A program made the position numbers and the translations under genes. Below are positions 36,405 through 45,391 of a stretch of 64,000 nt of DNA, piece by piece. The stretch is from NCBI GenBank assembly GCA_963738405.1, contig CAVTWJ010000018.1, positions 76,294 to 140,293 of the forward strand, given 5' to 3'. Below the pieces are notes generated by a model. It was not told the origin of the DNA. It saw only the letters and a program-made list of their open reading frames with translations, and searched no databases. The DNA comes from a candidate division FCPU426 bacterium (GTDB taxonomy: Bacteria; Oederibacteriota; Muellerivitia; Muellerivitales; Muellerivitaceae). Every line of letters begins with the position of its first letter. The first letter of the stretch is position 1.

Positions 36405-36968
36405 ATGTCTAATTCTGTGGGAATTCCGACGGATTATGATCCCTCAAAAGACCCTATCGAAATCGTTGAATATGACTCCACATGGCCCGAAAAGTTTGCT
36501 CTGGAAAAAAGGGCCATTATCCATACTTTGGGTTTTATACCCGGCTTGAAGGTTGAGCATTTTGGAAGCACATCGGTGCCCGGTCTGGCGGCTAAGCCTA
36601 TTCTTGACATCATAGTGGGAGTTTCTCACAAAAAAGATTGGCCCAAACTAATAAAGCCTCTCGAGATGGCAGGTTATGTTTATTGGGAAGAGAACCCCAA
36701 AACGGACGAGATGTTTTTCGTTAAGGGAATGCCTCCCTTTGGAAAAAAACGAACCCATCATGTTCATATCTATGAGCTTTACGAGGAACGCTGGAACAGG
36801 GAACTGTCTTTCCGGGATTATCTAATCGCTCATCCGAATGAAGCCAAGAACTATGAATCGATCAAAAAGAATTTAGCTACGCGATTTCAATATGACCGTG
36901 AGGCCTATACGAAATGGAAGAAGCCTTATATTGAGACGGTTATGACAAACATAAATAAAGGGATTTAA
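36405..36968 (+). CDS. grpB: GrpB-family protein (UPF0157; minimal nucleotidyltransferase fold)
   Basis: It has the GrpB motifs (VEHFGSTSVPGLAAKPILDI). The gap after gcvT is 4 nt, and the gene's GC is lower than its neighbours. Confidence 0.7.
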   Translation: MSNSVGIPTDYDPSKDPIEIVEYDSTWPEKFALEKRAIIHTLGFIPGLKVEHFGSTSVPGLAAKPILDIIVGVSHKKDWPKLIKPLEMAGYVYWEENPKTDEMFFVKGMPPFGKKRTHHVHIYELYEERWNRELSFRDYLIAHPNEAKNYESIKKNLATRFQYDREAYTKWKKPYIETVMTNINKGI

Positions 36969-36972
36969 GCCC

Positions 36973-37509
36973 ATGCCCAACATTGAAATTAAAGCCTATT
37001 ATCCAGAACTTGCCAAGGGCAGGCGAATCGCCCGGCAATTAAAGGCTCGCTTTGTCGGGCGCGCCAAGCAGATCGATACCTTCTTTAAGGTGGCCCAAGG
37101 GCGGTTGAAATTGAGGGAATCCAGCCTCAAGGGCGCTGAGTTGATCCCTTACGTCCGGCCTAATGTCCGGGGTCCTAAAACAAGCCAATATGTGGTGCTT
37201 CCAGTGGCTGATCCCGCCAAGACCAAGGTTCTTTTAAAAGAACTTTTGGGAGTGGAAGGGGTTGTGGAAAAAACCAGGGACCTATTCCTCTTGGGTAATG
37301 TCCGAATTCACCTCGACCAGGTCAAAGGTTTGGGAAATTTCTTGGAATTCGAGGCCGTCATGCCGAAGGTTTCATCCAAGATCCGAAAGGCCGAGACAAA
37401 GAAGGTGAAAAGGTTGCTCAAACTATTTCAGGTCGTTTCCAAAGACTTGATCGATCTTGCCTACCGGGACCTTCTGAAAAAGAAAAAAGCGAAAGGGATG
37501 AAGTCCTAA
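36973..37509 (+). CDS. CYTH-domain protein (triphosphate tunnel metalloenzyme; class IV adenylate cyclase/CyaB-like or triphosphatase)
   Basis: The N-terminus is EIEIK-type (NIEIKAYY), with Lys/Arg/Glu-rich beta-strands typical of CYTH. The gap after the GrpB gene is 4 nt. Confidence 0.65.
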   Translation: MPNIEIKAYYPELAKGRRIARQLKARFVGRAKQIDTFFKVAQGRLKLRESSLKGAELIPYVRPNVRGPKTSQYVVLPVADPAKTKVLLKELLGVEGVVEKTRDLFLLGNVRIHLDQVKGLGNFLEFEAVMPKVSSKIRKAETKKVKRLLKLFQVVSKDLIDLAYRDLLKKKKAKGMKS

Positions 37510-37618
37510 TTTGGCTGGAAAACGACATTCGTTTTTAATATAGTCAATTCCGTTCCCAACGCTTTCCCCACGCCCTCCAAACATCCCACGCCCGATCCGG
37601 TTTTATCAAGGAGCCTCC

Positions 37619-37984
37619 ATGCGCAAGTTCGCCAAGTCCCACGAATGGTACGAAGACTTAGGGAATGGAAAAGTTCGAATCGGTATTTCTAAGCACGCGG
37701 CCCACGAGCTTTCCGACATCGTTTTCGTCGAACTTCCCGACCTAGGAAAAAAACTTGCAGATAAGCAAAGCGTCTGCGTTTTGGAATCGGTGAAGGCCGT
37801 GGCCGATGTTTATTCCCCCGCCGGGACCGTGGCAGAAGTGAACGGCAAGCTCAAGGACCAGGCTGGCTTGGTCAACCAAGACCCGGAAGGCACGGGCTGG
37901 ATCGCTGTGGTGCAGTTGGACAACCCCAAGGCGCTGGAAAATCCCGAATATCTGGCCGAACAGGATTATTTGAAAACCGTTTAA
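37619..37984 (+). CDS. gcvH: glycine cleavage system H protein (lipoyl carrier)
   Basis: The lipoyl-lysine motif (VLESVKAVADVYSP) is present, and the 121-aa length is typical. Confidence 0.9.
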   Translation: MRKFAKSHEWYEDLGNGKVRIGISKHAAHELSDIVFVELPDLGKKLADKQSVCVLESVKAVADVYSPAGTVAEVNGKLKDQAGLVNQDPEGTGWIAVVQLDNPKALENPEYLAEQDYLKTV

Positions 37985-38017
37985 GTTTTTAGCTGTTTTG
38001 AATTCATCCTTTGCGGA

Positions 38018-40750
38018 GTGAAAGTGTCCTACATTCCTATTACCCCCGAAGATGAAAAGGCCATGTTGTCGGTCATTGGGGTGAAAAACATCGACGATCT
38101 TTTCGCTGACGTGCCGCCCTCCGTTATTCTCAAAAAAGGCCTGAACCTTCCTCCCGGCCTGACCGAACCCGAACTCAAGCGTTTCTTCAACATGATCGGA
38201 AAGAACAATCAGCCGGTTTCCGACCGTCCCTGTTTTCTAGGAGCTGGGCTTTATTACCATGAGGTTCCCGCCGCCGTGAAGGCCGTGGTAACCCGGCCGG
38301 AATTTTTAACTTCCTATACGCCCTACCAGCCCGAGATCGCCCAGGGAACGCTCCAGGTTCTCTTTGATTTCCAAACCTATATGGCTGAATTGACAGGGCT
38401 GGAAGTTTCAAACGCCTCCCTTTACGACGGCGCCTCCGCCGTGGCGGAAGCGGTGCTTTTGGCCCTCAGGGTCAAAAAGGCCGAATCCTTTGTTTATGTG
38501 TCCCGGGGATTGCACCCCGAATACCGCCAGACCATCCAGACTTACTTAAACCCCCAGGGGCATAAGATCCACGAGATCGGTTTAAAGGGAACAGAAACCG
38601 ACCTGGAACAGCTCAAGACCGATCTTTGGCCCAATGCGGTGGTGGTGGTCCAATATCCCAATTTCCTTGGAACGGTCGAGGATCTATCCGCCATCTCAAA
38701 AGCTTGCAAAGAAAAGAACGCCTATTTGGTAGTGGCCGTGGCCGAAGCCATGAATCTGGCCCTGTTGCCTTCCCCTGGGTCGCTGGGGGCGGATGTATGC
38801 GCTGGGTCCGCCCAATCTTTCGGAAATCTTCTTTCTTTCGGCGGGCCCCACGCCGGGTTCTTGACCGCCCGCTTTGAGGATATCCGCCAGATGCCGGGCC
38901 GCATCGTGGGCGAAACCACCGACCGCAACGGAAAAACCGGCTGTGTGCTTACCTTTCAAGCCCGGGAACAGCATATCCGCCGTGAAAGGGCGGCTTCCAA
39001 CGTCTGTACCACCCAGTCCCTCATGGCCAATTTCGCCTCCGCCTGGCTCTACTTTAAAGGCGGCAAGGGCGCCCAACAGGCGGCCAAGGACGGCGCGGCC
39101 ACGGCCCACGCTTTGGCGGGAGAAATTCAGAGAATTCCTGGGTTTAAAATAGAAACGGTTCGATACGCCAATGAGTTTGTAGTTCGTCCGCCCTCCTCCA
39201 GGTTCGCTGATTTCCTGGCCGAATGGGGCTTGGTAGCGCCCTACGATTTATCCAACGACTATCCCGAGTTCAAAGACTGCGTCCTAGTGGCTTGTACCGA
39301 ATTGACCAGCCTGGAAGACATGGAATCTTTTTTCTCGGCCTGCGAGGAATTCTCAACCAAGGGCCACGCCGGGAAGGTCCACCAAAAACCAACCGAGCTT
39401 CCTTCCTGGATCACGGTCCGCAAACCCGCCGCCATCGCCGAACACCCGGAGGTGGATTTGATCCGCTATTACACGGCCTTGGCCCGTAAAAATTTCTGCA
39501 TCGACAACGGCTTTTACCCCTTGGGTTCCTGCACCATGAAGTACAACCCGAAAGTGAACGAGGAAATCGCCCTCGCGGACGCCTGGGCCAACCTGCATCC
39601 CACCCAGCGTGAGGATGAGGTTCAAGGCGCCCTGCAGGTAATTTTCGAACTGGAACATTGGCTAAAGGAAATTACCGGCTGTCACGCCCTGACGCTCCAG
39701 CCCGCCGCTGGCGCCCATGGGGAACTGACGGCTCTTTTGATGGCAAAGCGCTATTTCGCCGACCGGGGCGAGCACCAAAGGGTCAATGTCATCGTTCCCG
39801 ATTCGGCCCACGGCACCAACCCGGCCTCGGCCACCATGGCGGGTTGGAAGACCATTTCCATCCCCACCGATGCCAGGGGCAACATGGACGTGGAACTATT
39901 GAAGGCGAAATTGGGTAAAGACACGGCTGTCTTGATGTTGACTAATCCAAGCACCTTAGGTCTTTTCGAAGAGAACATTCTTGAGGTGGCCAGGCTGGTA
40001 CACGAAGCGGGGGGTCTTCTTTATTATGACGGCGCCAACATGAACGCCATTGTAGGGATCTGCCGCCCGGCGGATATGGGGTTCGATTTGGTGCACTTGA
40101 ATCTTCACAAAACTTTTTCCACACCCCATGGCGGCGGCGGTCCAGGCTCGGGCCCGGTAGGCTGCACGAAGGCTCTGGAACCCTATTTACCTGAACCCAG
40201 GGTCTTCAAAGAAGGCAACCGGTATTTCTTAAAATCCGGGTCGCCCCAGTCCATCGGCCGCATGAAGGCGAACGTGGGCAATTTCGGCGTGCTCATCCGG
40301 GCCCTGGCCTACTGCAAGCGATTGGGCAAGCAGGGACTGGAAAGGGTGGGGCGTGTCGCGACCTTGAACGCGAATTATATGTTGGCCCGCTTGAAGGGCC
40401 CCTATACGCCCGCTTATGACCGCCTTTGCAAGCATGAGTTTGTCTTAACCGCCGAGCCTCTTAAGGAAAAATACGGTATCTCGGCTTTGGATATCGCCAA
40501 ACGGCTGATTGATTTTAATTACCACCCGCCCACCATCTATTTCCCGCTGGTGGTCCATGAGGCGGTCATGATCGAGCCCACCGAGACCGAAACGAAAAAG
40601 ACGTTGGATGAATTTTCGGAGGTCATGCTCCAGCTGCGCCAGGAAATGGAAACAAACCCGGATGTCTTCAAAAGCGCGCCCTATTCCACGCCCGTCTCAA
40701 GATTGGATGAGGTTAAGGCGGTCAAGGAACCGAGATTAGTGAAGAAATAA
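38018..40750 (+). CDS. gcvP: glycine dehydrogenase (decarboxylating), a single-chain fusion of the P-protein subunit 1 and subunit 2 regions
   Basis: The protein is 910 aa. The N-terminus is MKVSYIPITPEDEKAML, and the PLP-lysine region is in the C-terminal half (NLHKTFSTPHGGGGPG). Confidence 0.9.
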   Translation: MKVSYIPITPEDEKAMLSVIGVKNIDDLFADVPPSVILKKGLNLPPGLTEPELKRFFNMIGKNNQPVSDRPCFLGAGLYYHEVPAAVKAVVTRPEFLTSYTPYQPEIAQGTLQVLFDFQTYMAELTGLEVSNASLYDGASAVAEAVLLALRVKKAESFVYVSRGLHPEYRQTIQTYLNPQGHKIHEIGLKGTETDLEQLKTDLWPNAVVVVQYPNFLGTVEDLSAISKACKEKNAYLVVAVAEAMNLALLPSPGSLGADVCAGSAQSFGNLLSFGGPHAGFLTARFEDIRQMPGRIVGETTDRNGKTGCVLTFQAREQHIRRERAASNVCTTQSLMANFASAWLYFKGGKGAQQAAKDGAATAHALAGEIQRIPGFKIETVRYANEFVVRPPSSRFADFLAEWGLVAPYDLSNDYPEFKDCVLVACTELTSLEDMESFFSACEEFSTKGHAGKVHQKPTELPSWITVRKPAAIAEHPEVDLIRYYTALARKNFCIDNGFYPLGSCTMKYNPKVNEEIALADAWANLHPTQREDEVQGALQVIFELEHWLKEITGCHALTLQPAAGAHGELTALLMAKRYFADRGEHQRVNVIVPDSAHGTNPASATMAGWKTISIPTDARGNMDVELLKAKLGKDTAVLMLTNPSTLGLFEENILEVARLVHEAGGLLYYDGANMNAIVGICRPADMGFDLVHLNLHKTFSTPHGGGGPGSGPVGCTKALEPYLPEPRVFKEGNRYFLKSGSPQSIGRMKANVGNFGVLIRALAYCKRLGKQGLERVGRVATLNANYMLARLKGPYTPAYDRLCKHEFVLTAEPLKEKYGISALDIAKRLIDFNYHPPTIYFPLVVHEAVMIEPTETETKKTLDEFSEVMLQLRQEMETNPDVFKSAPYSTPVSRLDEVKAVKEPRLVKK

Positions 40751-40762
40751 AGTTCACTAATT

Positions 40763-41935
40763 TTAAGGATTCCACTTCTTTTCCATTTCCTTATATTCAG
40801 GCGTGTTAATAATGTTTTTAAATTGGGTGTCATCATATATTTGTTTTTTATAGGTCGGATCTAAAAGATAAATCTGACGTATTTCTTCGATCGCTTTCGT
40901 GTTTTGAGATTGTGCCCAATAAACAATTGCCAGATTGTAGTGGGACATTATTAAATTAGGATTGATATAAAGGGATTGTTGCAGTGCTATCTTGGCGTCA
41001 TCTAATTGTCCATTTCTATAATAGGAATAGCCAATCAACCCATATGTTTCTGCATCCTGTTTTTTGTCATCGAGTGCCTTTTTATATTCAGAAATCGCGT
41101 TAATGTATTGGTGTTTTAAATATAACTTTTTTCCTACTGCTATATGATCTGTTTCCACTACCCATTTTAGAAATGAGTTGTCCGAATGACCTGAAGTTAT
41201 AACGTAATCTGTGTTTTTTTTAATGTCGTAAACATGTATTTGACGGTCACCAAAAGCTAATGGCCCTCCATCCACCCAAACAATCCAATTTCCTTCATCG
41301 GAAATTATGAATTCTTGGCCTGTTCCAATATGAATCATGGATTTTGCTTCGGGATTATATTGGTAAAAATTATCTGCCCGTATATCCGTCGTTCCACCAG
41401 GCAATGAAAGAAAAAACAAATCGTGATAGTTAGCCCAACCCAAAAATTCCCAATCAAACAAGCTGGATTCTGTGCCTGCCAATTTGATAATTTTATTTAT
41501 AGAATTATTTTTGTAGCGAATACCTATTTCTGGTGATCCATCGAAACAAACTGACCACCTGCCATCAGTTGAGGAAATTAAAACTGGAGACTCAGCCGTG
41601 GCAGATGCGATTTCGTTTTCCAAACTAATTAAATCATGTCGCTTTTCGAATCTAGGATCAAATTGGGATGTGTAATCGGGTAAAGATTGATCTTGGAAAT
41701 AAGTTCCATCTGATTTGACCAAATTGGGTTTAAAAATACTTTTTCCTTTATGTTGGTAAACTCTGCGCCAAATATAAAAAGATGGAAAATCAGGTTTGTC
41801 TTTGACCAAATTTCCTTGAATCACTTTAATCGTTTTTGCGGTAACTGCTTCAGATTGAGCATTCAAGTAAGGGGTTGGAAATGTGTATAGAGAGACTATA
41901 AAGAGAAGTAATAAGCTCAATATTTTTCTAAACAT
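40763..41935 (-). CDS. secreted hypothetical protein with C-terminal TPR repeats (low GC, about 35%)
   Basis: It has a signal peptide and TPR-like repeats (AETYGLIGYSYYRNGQLDDAKIALQQSLYINP...). Its composition contrasts sharply with gcvP and lipA. Confidence 0.5.
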   Translation of the reverse strand: MFRKILSLLLLFIVSLYTFPTPYLNAQSEAVTAKTIKVIQGNLVKDKPDFPSFYIWRRVYQHKGKSIFKPNLVKSDGTYFQDQSLPDYTSQFDPRFEKRHDLISLENEIASATAESPVLISSTDGRWSVCFDGSPEIGIRYKNNSINKIIKLAGTESSLFDWEFLGWANYHDLFFLSLPGGTTDIRADNFYQYNPEAKSMIHIGTGQEFIISDEGNWIVWVDGGPLAFGDRQIHVYDIKKNTDYVITSGHSDNSFLKWVVETDHIAVGKKLYLKHQYINAISEYKKALDDKKQDAETYGLIGYSYYRNGQLDDAKIALQQSLYINPNLIMSHYNLAIVYWAQSQNTKAIEEIRQIYLLDPTYKKQIYDDTQFKNIINTPEYKEMEKKWNP

Positions 41936-41983
41936 AGTTATCTCCTAAATTAGGAAAATAAAATTCGAATTATTTTATCAAAC

Positions 41984-42946
41984 ATGATTCAGAGAAGACC
42001 CTTGCACCTTATAGATTCAGGGTTTTCAATTCATAGAGTTTCGAATATCCTTAATCGACCGATGAATTCTACCAACCTTCAAACCGCACCGCACCCTTTG
42101 CCCAAATTTCTACTTAATCCCCATCCCAAGCATGTATTTCGTGACGCCATCGCCAAGATTCCCATGAACGGCATCCACACTATTTGTGAGGAAGCCAAGT
42201 GCCCGAACCGGGGAGAATGCCTGCCCCACCACGGAACCATTTCCATCATGGTGATGGGGTCCATCTGCACCCGGGGATGTCCTTTTTGCGCTGTCACGAC
42301 AGGAAAACCCCTGCCGCTAGATTCGTTTGAACCGGCCAAGGTGGTGGAGATCGCCAAGTCCTTGAACGTGCGCTACCTGGTCATGACCTCCCCCAATCGG
42401 GATGAGCTGGAAGACGGCGGGGCTTCTCAATTCGTGCGCATCGTCACGGCTCTGCGTGAGTTCAACCCTGCTTTGAAAATCGAAATTCTCGTGCCCGACT
42501 TTCAAGGAAAGGAAACCTCCTTCAAGGTTTTGCTCCAAAATCCGCCGGATGTCATCGCCCACGACCTTCAGACTATCCCTCGGCTTTACGGGCCCATCCG
42601 CCCTGGGGCGGAGTACCAGCGTTCGCTTAATTTATTTAGGTGGTTCAAAAAAAACGCAGATCCCCAAAAGGTAACCCTCAAGGCGGGCCTGATGGTGGGC
42701 TTTGGTGAAACTGAAGATGAAGTGGTGGAAGTGTTAAGAGATGCCAAGGAAGCCGGGGTCCAGTTCTTCACCATTGGCCAGTACCTCAAGCCACCGGGTT
42801 CAACCTTGGATGTCGTTGAATATGTGCCCCTCGAGAGATATGAACATTGGTCGCAGGCAGGAAAAGAAATGGGTTTGGCGGTGCAGGCCTCGCCCTTGAC
42901 TCGAAGTAGTTACCTGGCGGACCGGCTTGCGGCACAGACCCGTTAA
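41984..42946 (+). CDS. lipA: lipoyl synthase (radical SAM)
   Basis: Both Cys triads are present (CEEAKCPNRGEC and CTRGCPFC), and a C-terminal RSSY motif. Confidence 0.9.
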   Translation: MIQRRPLHLIDSGFSIHRVSNILNRPMNSTNLQTAPHPLPKFLLNPHPKHVFRDAIAKIPMNGIHTICEEAKCPNRGECLPHHGTISIMVMGSICTRGCPFCAVTTGKPLPLDSFEPAKVVEIAKSLNVRYLVMTSPNRDELEDGGASQFVRIVTALREFNPALKIEILVPDFQGKETSFKVLLQNPPDVIAHDLQTIPRLYGPIRPGAEYQRSLNLFRWFKKNADPQKVTLKAGLMVGFGETEDEVVEVLRDAKEAGVQFFTIGQYLKPPGSTLDVVEYVPLERYEHWSQAGKEMGLAVQASPLTRSSYLADRLAAQTR

Positions 42947-43282
42947 ATGGAATATTTTTCCGATTCGATGGTCAAGGCGACCCTCTACACTTCCCAAAAA
43001 AAGCCTTTTCTCGTGGGGGAAATTCCGACCTTGGTTCAATGGGGTATCCGCAATTTGGAACGCCGGTTTCCCGGTCTCAAGGTGGTTGTCTCCACCGTTT
43101 ATCCCGAAAGGGTTGAAATGGTTCTGGATTTTAAAAGGCTGGACGATGATCTTTTAAGGGTTCTGCAATCCTTCAAATCGGAAATGAAGAACCTGGCGAA
43201 AAAGAAGGGGCTTCATGAAGACCCCCTGTGGCAATGGCAGTACGATGAGAAAATGGTGGAAAAGGTTCAAATTCCGGGTTAA
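42947..43282 (+). CDS. hypothetical protein (111 aa) translationally coupled to lipA
   Basis: Its ATG immediately follows the lipA TAA stop, and I recognise no family. Confidence 0.35.
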   Translation: MEYFSDSMVKATLYTSQKKPFLVGEIPTLVQWGIRNLERRFPGLKVVVSTVYPERVEMVLDFKRLDDDLLRVLQSFKSEMKNLAKKKGLHEDPLWQWQYDEKMVEKVQIPG

Positions 43283-43291
43283 CGAAAAAGC

Positions 43292-43849
43292 CTACTTTTC
43301 TGTTTCGCTCACGATTTCCGAAGATTCAATCAGGGTCACGCCGGCCTTGGCCATGGCCTTCAAGGCCTTGGCTCCGTCCCCTTCCTTCACGTTGACGGCT
43401 GCTACGGCGTCCTCCACCACGAAGGTCTCAAACCCCCGCTTGTCGGCGTCCAAAGCCGTAGCTTTCACGCAGTAGTCGGTAGCCAGCCCCGCGATAAAGA
43501 GGTCCGTAACCTCCTTTTTTCTCAAAAATTTTTCCAAATCGTCGCTGGTGGCCTCAAAGGCGGAATAACCGTCATCCTTGTTTTTTGATCCCTTCAGGAA
43601 GACCTTGCTGATTTTCGAGGCGTTAAGCGCCGGATGAAATTCAGCTCCGGGGGTGTTCTGGACGCAATGGGGAGGCCATTTCTGGAAATGGACAGTGTCC
43701 TTGGGGTGCCAATCCTTGGAAGCGATCACGAGGGGAAAAAGGTCCATCAATTTGTTGATAACGGGCAAGATCTTATCGCCCTCCGGCACGCCCAAGGCTC
43801 CGCCGGGGCAAAAGTCATTTTGAACGTCCACGATTAATAACGCCTTCAT
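43292..43849 (-). CDS. pncA: nicotinamidase/pyrazinamidase (isochorismatase family)
   Basis: The N-terminus is LLIVDVQNDFCPGGAL, with a catalytic Cys motif. It is adjacent to pncB. Confidence 0.8.
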   Translation of the reverse strand: MKALLIVDVQNDFCPGGALGVPEGDKILPVINKLMDLFPLVIASKDWHPKDTVHFQKWPPHCVQNTPGAEFHPALNASKISKVFLKGSKNKDDGYSAFEATSDDLEKFLRKKEVTDLFIAGLATDYCVKATALDADKRGFETFVVEDAVAAVNVKEGDGAKALKAMAKAGVTLIESSEIVSETEK

Positions 43850-43910
43850 TGAATACCTCGAACATCATTTGATTCATGGGTTTGATTACAAACGAGAAGG
43901 GGGTTCTTCG

Positions 43911-45329
43911 TCAATTCGTAAAATGCGCGATGATTTCATCCCTTAGGTGCGCCAATTTGGGGCTCAACCCCACCTTGTAAACGTGGGGGTTCTCGAACCG
44001 CTTGCGCTCAGGCGAGAGCTTCAATAACCGTTCCTTCGCGTAAGCTGCTGCCTCGTGAATTCCCAAGGGGGTTAGTCTTTTGCCCGCCTCCATCACCTTA
44101 AAGAGGATGTTCTCGGGAAAACAATGGGTCACTTTGCTTTTTTTATCAGGGGAAAAGGGGTGGTAAATCCATTCGGTGCTTTTTTCATCCTCTAATAGAA
44201 CCGCGTCAGCGTAAAAGAAACCTTCCGGATCGGTGTATCGGACAATTTTTTTCGCCCCCGGCAGGGTACCCTTGGCTGAATTTTCTGAAATCTTGAGGCA
44301 GGGTTTTCCGTTAAGAATCGATAGTTTATAAACCCCGTCCAAGGCCGGTGAATCCTGTCCAGTGACGAGGCTCGTGCCTACCCCAAAGGCGTTAATGGGC
44401 GCCCCCTGGTCGAGCAGGCTCTTGATGAGGTATTCATCCAATTGGTTGGAAACCACGATCTTGACCCCATGCAGGCCCGCGTTATCCAACAGGGTTCGGG
44501 CTCTTTTGGAAAGATAGGCCAGATCGCCGCTGTCCAATCGAATGCCGGATAACTTTTGCCCCTTTTCCTCCATTTCCTTGGCCACGGTGATGGCGTTGGG
44601 AATTCCGCTTTCAAGCGTGCTGTAGGTATCCACGAGAAGCGTGCATTGGTTGGGATAGATACGGGCGAATTCGCGAAAGGCCGTCAGCTCGTCGGGAAAA
44701 CTCTGCACCCAGGAATGGGCCAGGGTGCCGGAAGGGGGAATGTCGTAGGTCATGGCGGCTAACACGTTGGAAGTGCCTTCCACCCCCCCGATGACCGCGG
44801 CGCGGGAAGCCTGAAGACCGCCCAATCCCTGGGCTCGGCGGAGGCCAAAATCCACCACCCGTCGGCCCCGGGCGGCCTGGACCATGCGGGAAGCCTTGGT
44901 GGCGATCAAAGACTCGAAATTAAGGAAATTACAAACCAGGGTCTCGATCAGCTGGGCTTCAAAGAGAGTGCCTTCCACCCGCAAGGTGGGTTCCAAGGGA
45001 AACACGAGCTCCCCTTCCCGGACCGAATAAAGCTTTCCCTTGAAGGTAAAGGTTTTGAGGAAGCTCAGGAAGGGTTTTTGAAAACCCTGTTTTTCCAGGT
45101 AGGCCAAATCGTCGGCCTCGAATCGATAATCCTCCAAAGCCTCCAGAAGGGTTTCCAGCCCCGCGAACACCACATAGGCCCCCTTGAAAGGGGGATTGCG
45201 GTAAAAGTAGTCAAAACAGGCGGGCCATTCCGCCTTACCCGAAAGAAAATACCCTTGGGCCATGGTGAGTTCGTAGAGGTCCGTGAAGAGGCCGACGTGT
45301 TTGGGAAGGATCGAGGACATGGGTGCCAT
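43911..45329 (-). CDS. pncB: nicotinate phosphoribosyltransferase
   Basis: It has the NAPRTase family N-terminus (LFTDLYELTMAQGYF) and a length of 472 aa. Confidence 0.85.
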   Translation of the reverse strand: MAPMSSILPKHVGLFTDLYELTMAQGYFLSGKAEWPACFDYFYRNPPFKGAYVVFAGLETLLEALEDYRFEADDLAYLEKQGFQKPFLSFLKTFTFKGKLYSVREGELVFPLEPTLRVEGTLFEAQLIETLVCNFLNFESLIATKASRMVQAARGRRVVDFGLRRAQGLGGLQASRAAVIGGVEGTSNVLAAMTYDIPPSGTLAHSWVQSFPDELTAFREFARIYPNQCTLLVDTYSTLESGIPNAITVAKEMEEKGQKLSGIRLDSGDLAYLSKRARTLLDNAGLHGVKIVVSNQLDEYLIKSLLDQGAPINAFGVGTSLVTGQDSPALDGVYKLSILNGKPCLKISENSAKGTLPGAKKIVRYTDPEGFFYADAVLLEDEKSTEWIYHPFSPDKKSKVTHCFPENILFKVMEAGKRLTPLGIHEAAAYAKERLLKLSPERKRFENPHVYKVGLSPKLAHLRDEIIAHFTN

Positions 45330-45391
45330 TATAACCAGAGCGGAAGGTGGAACGGACGAAGAAGGGCCCTTCAGGACAGGGCCCGAGGGAA

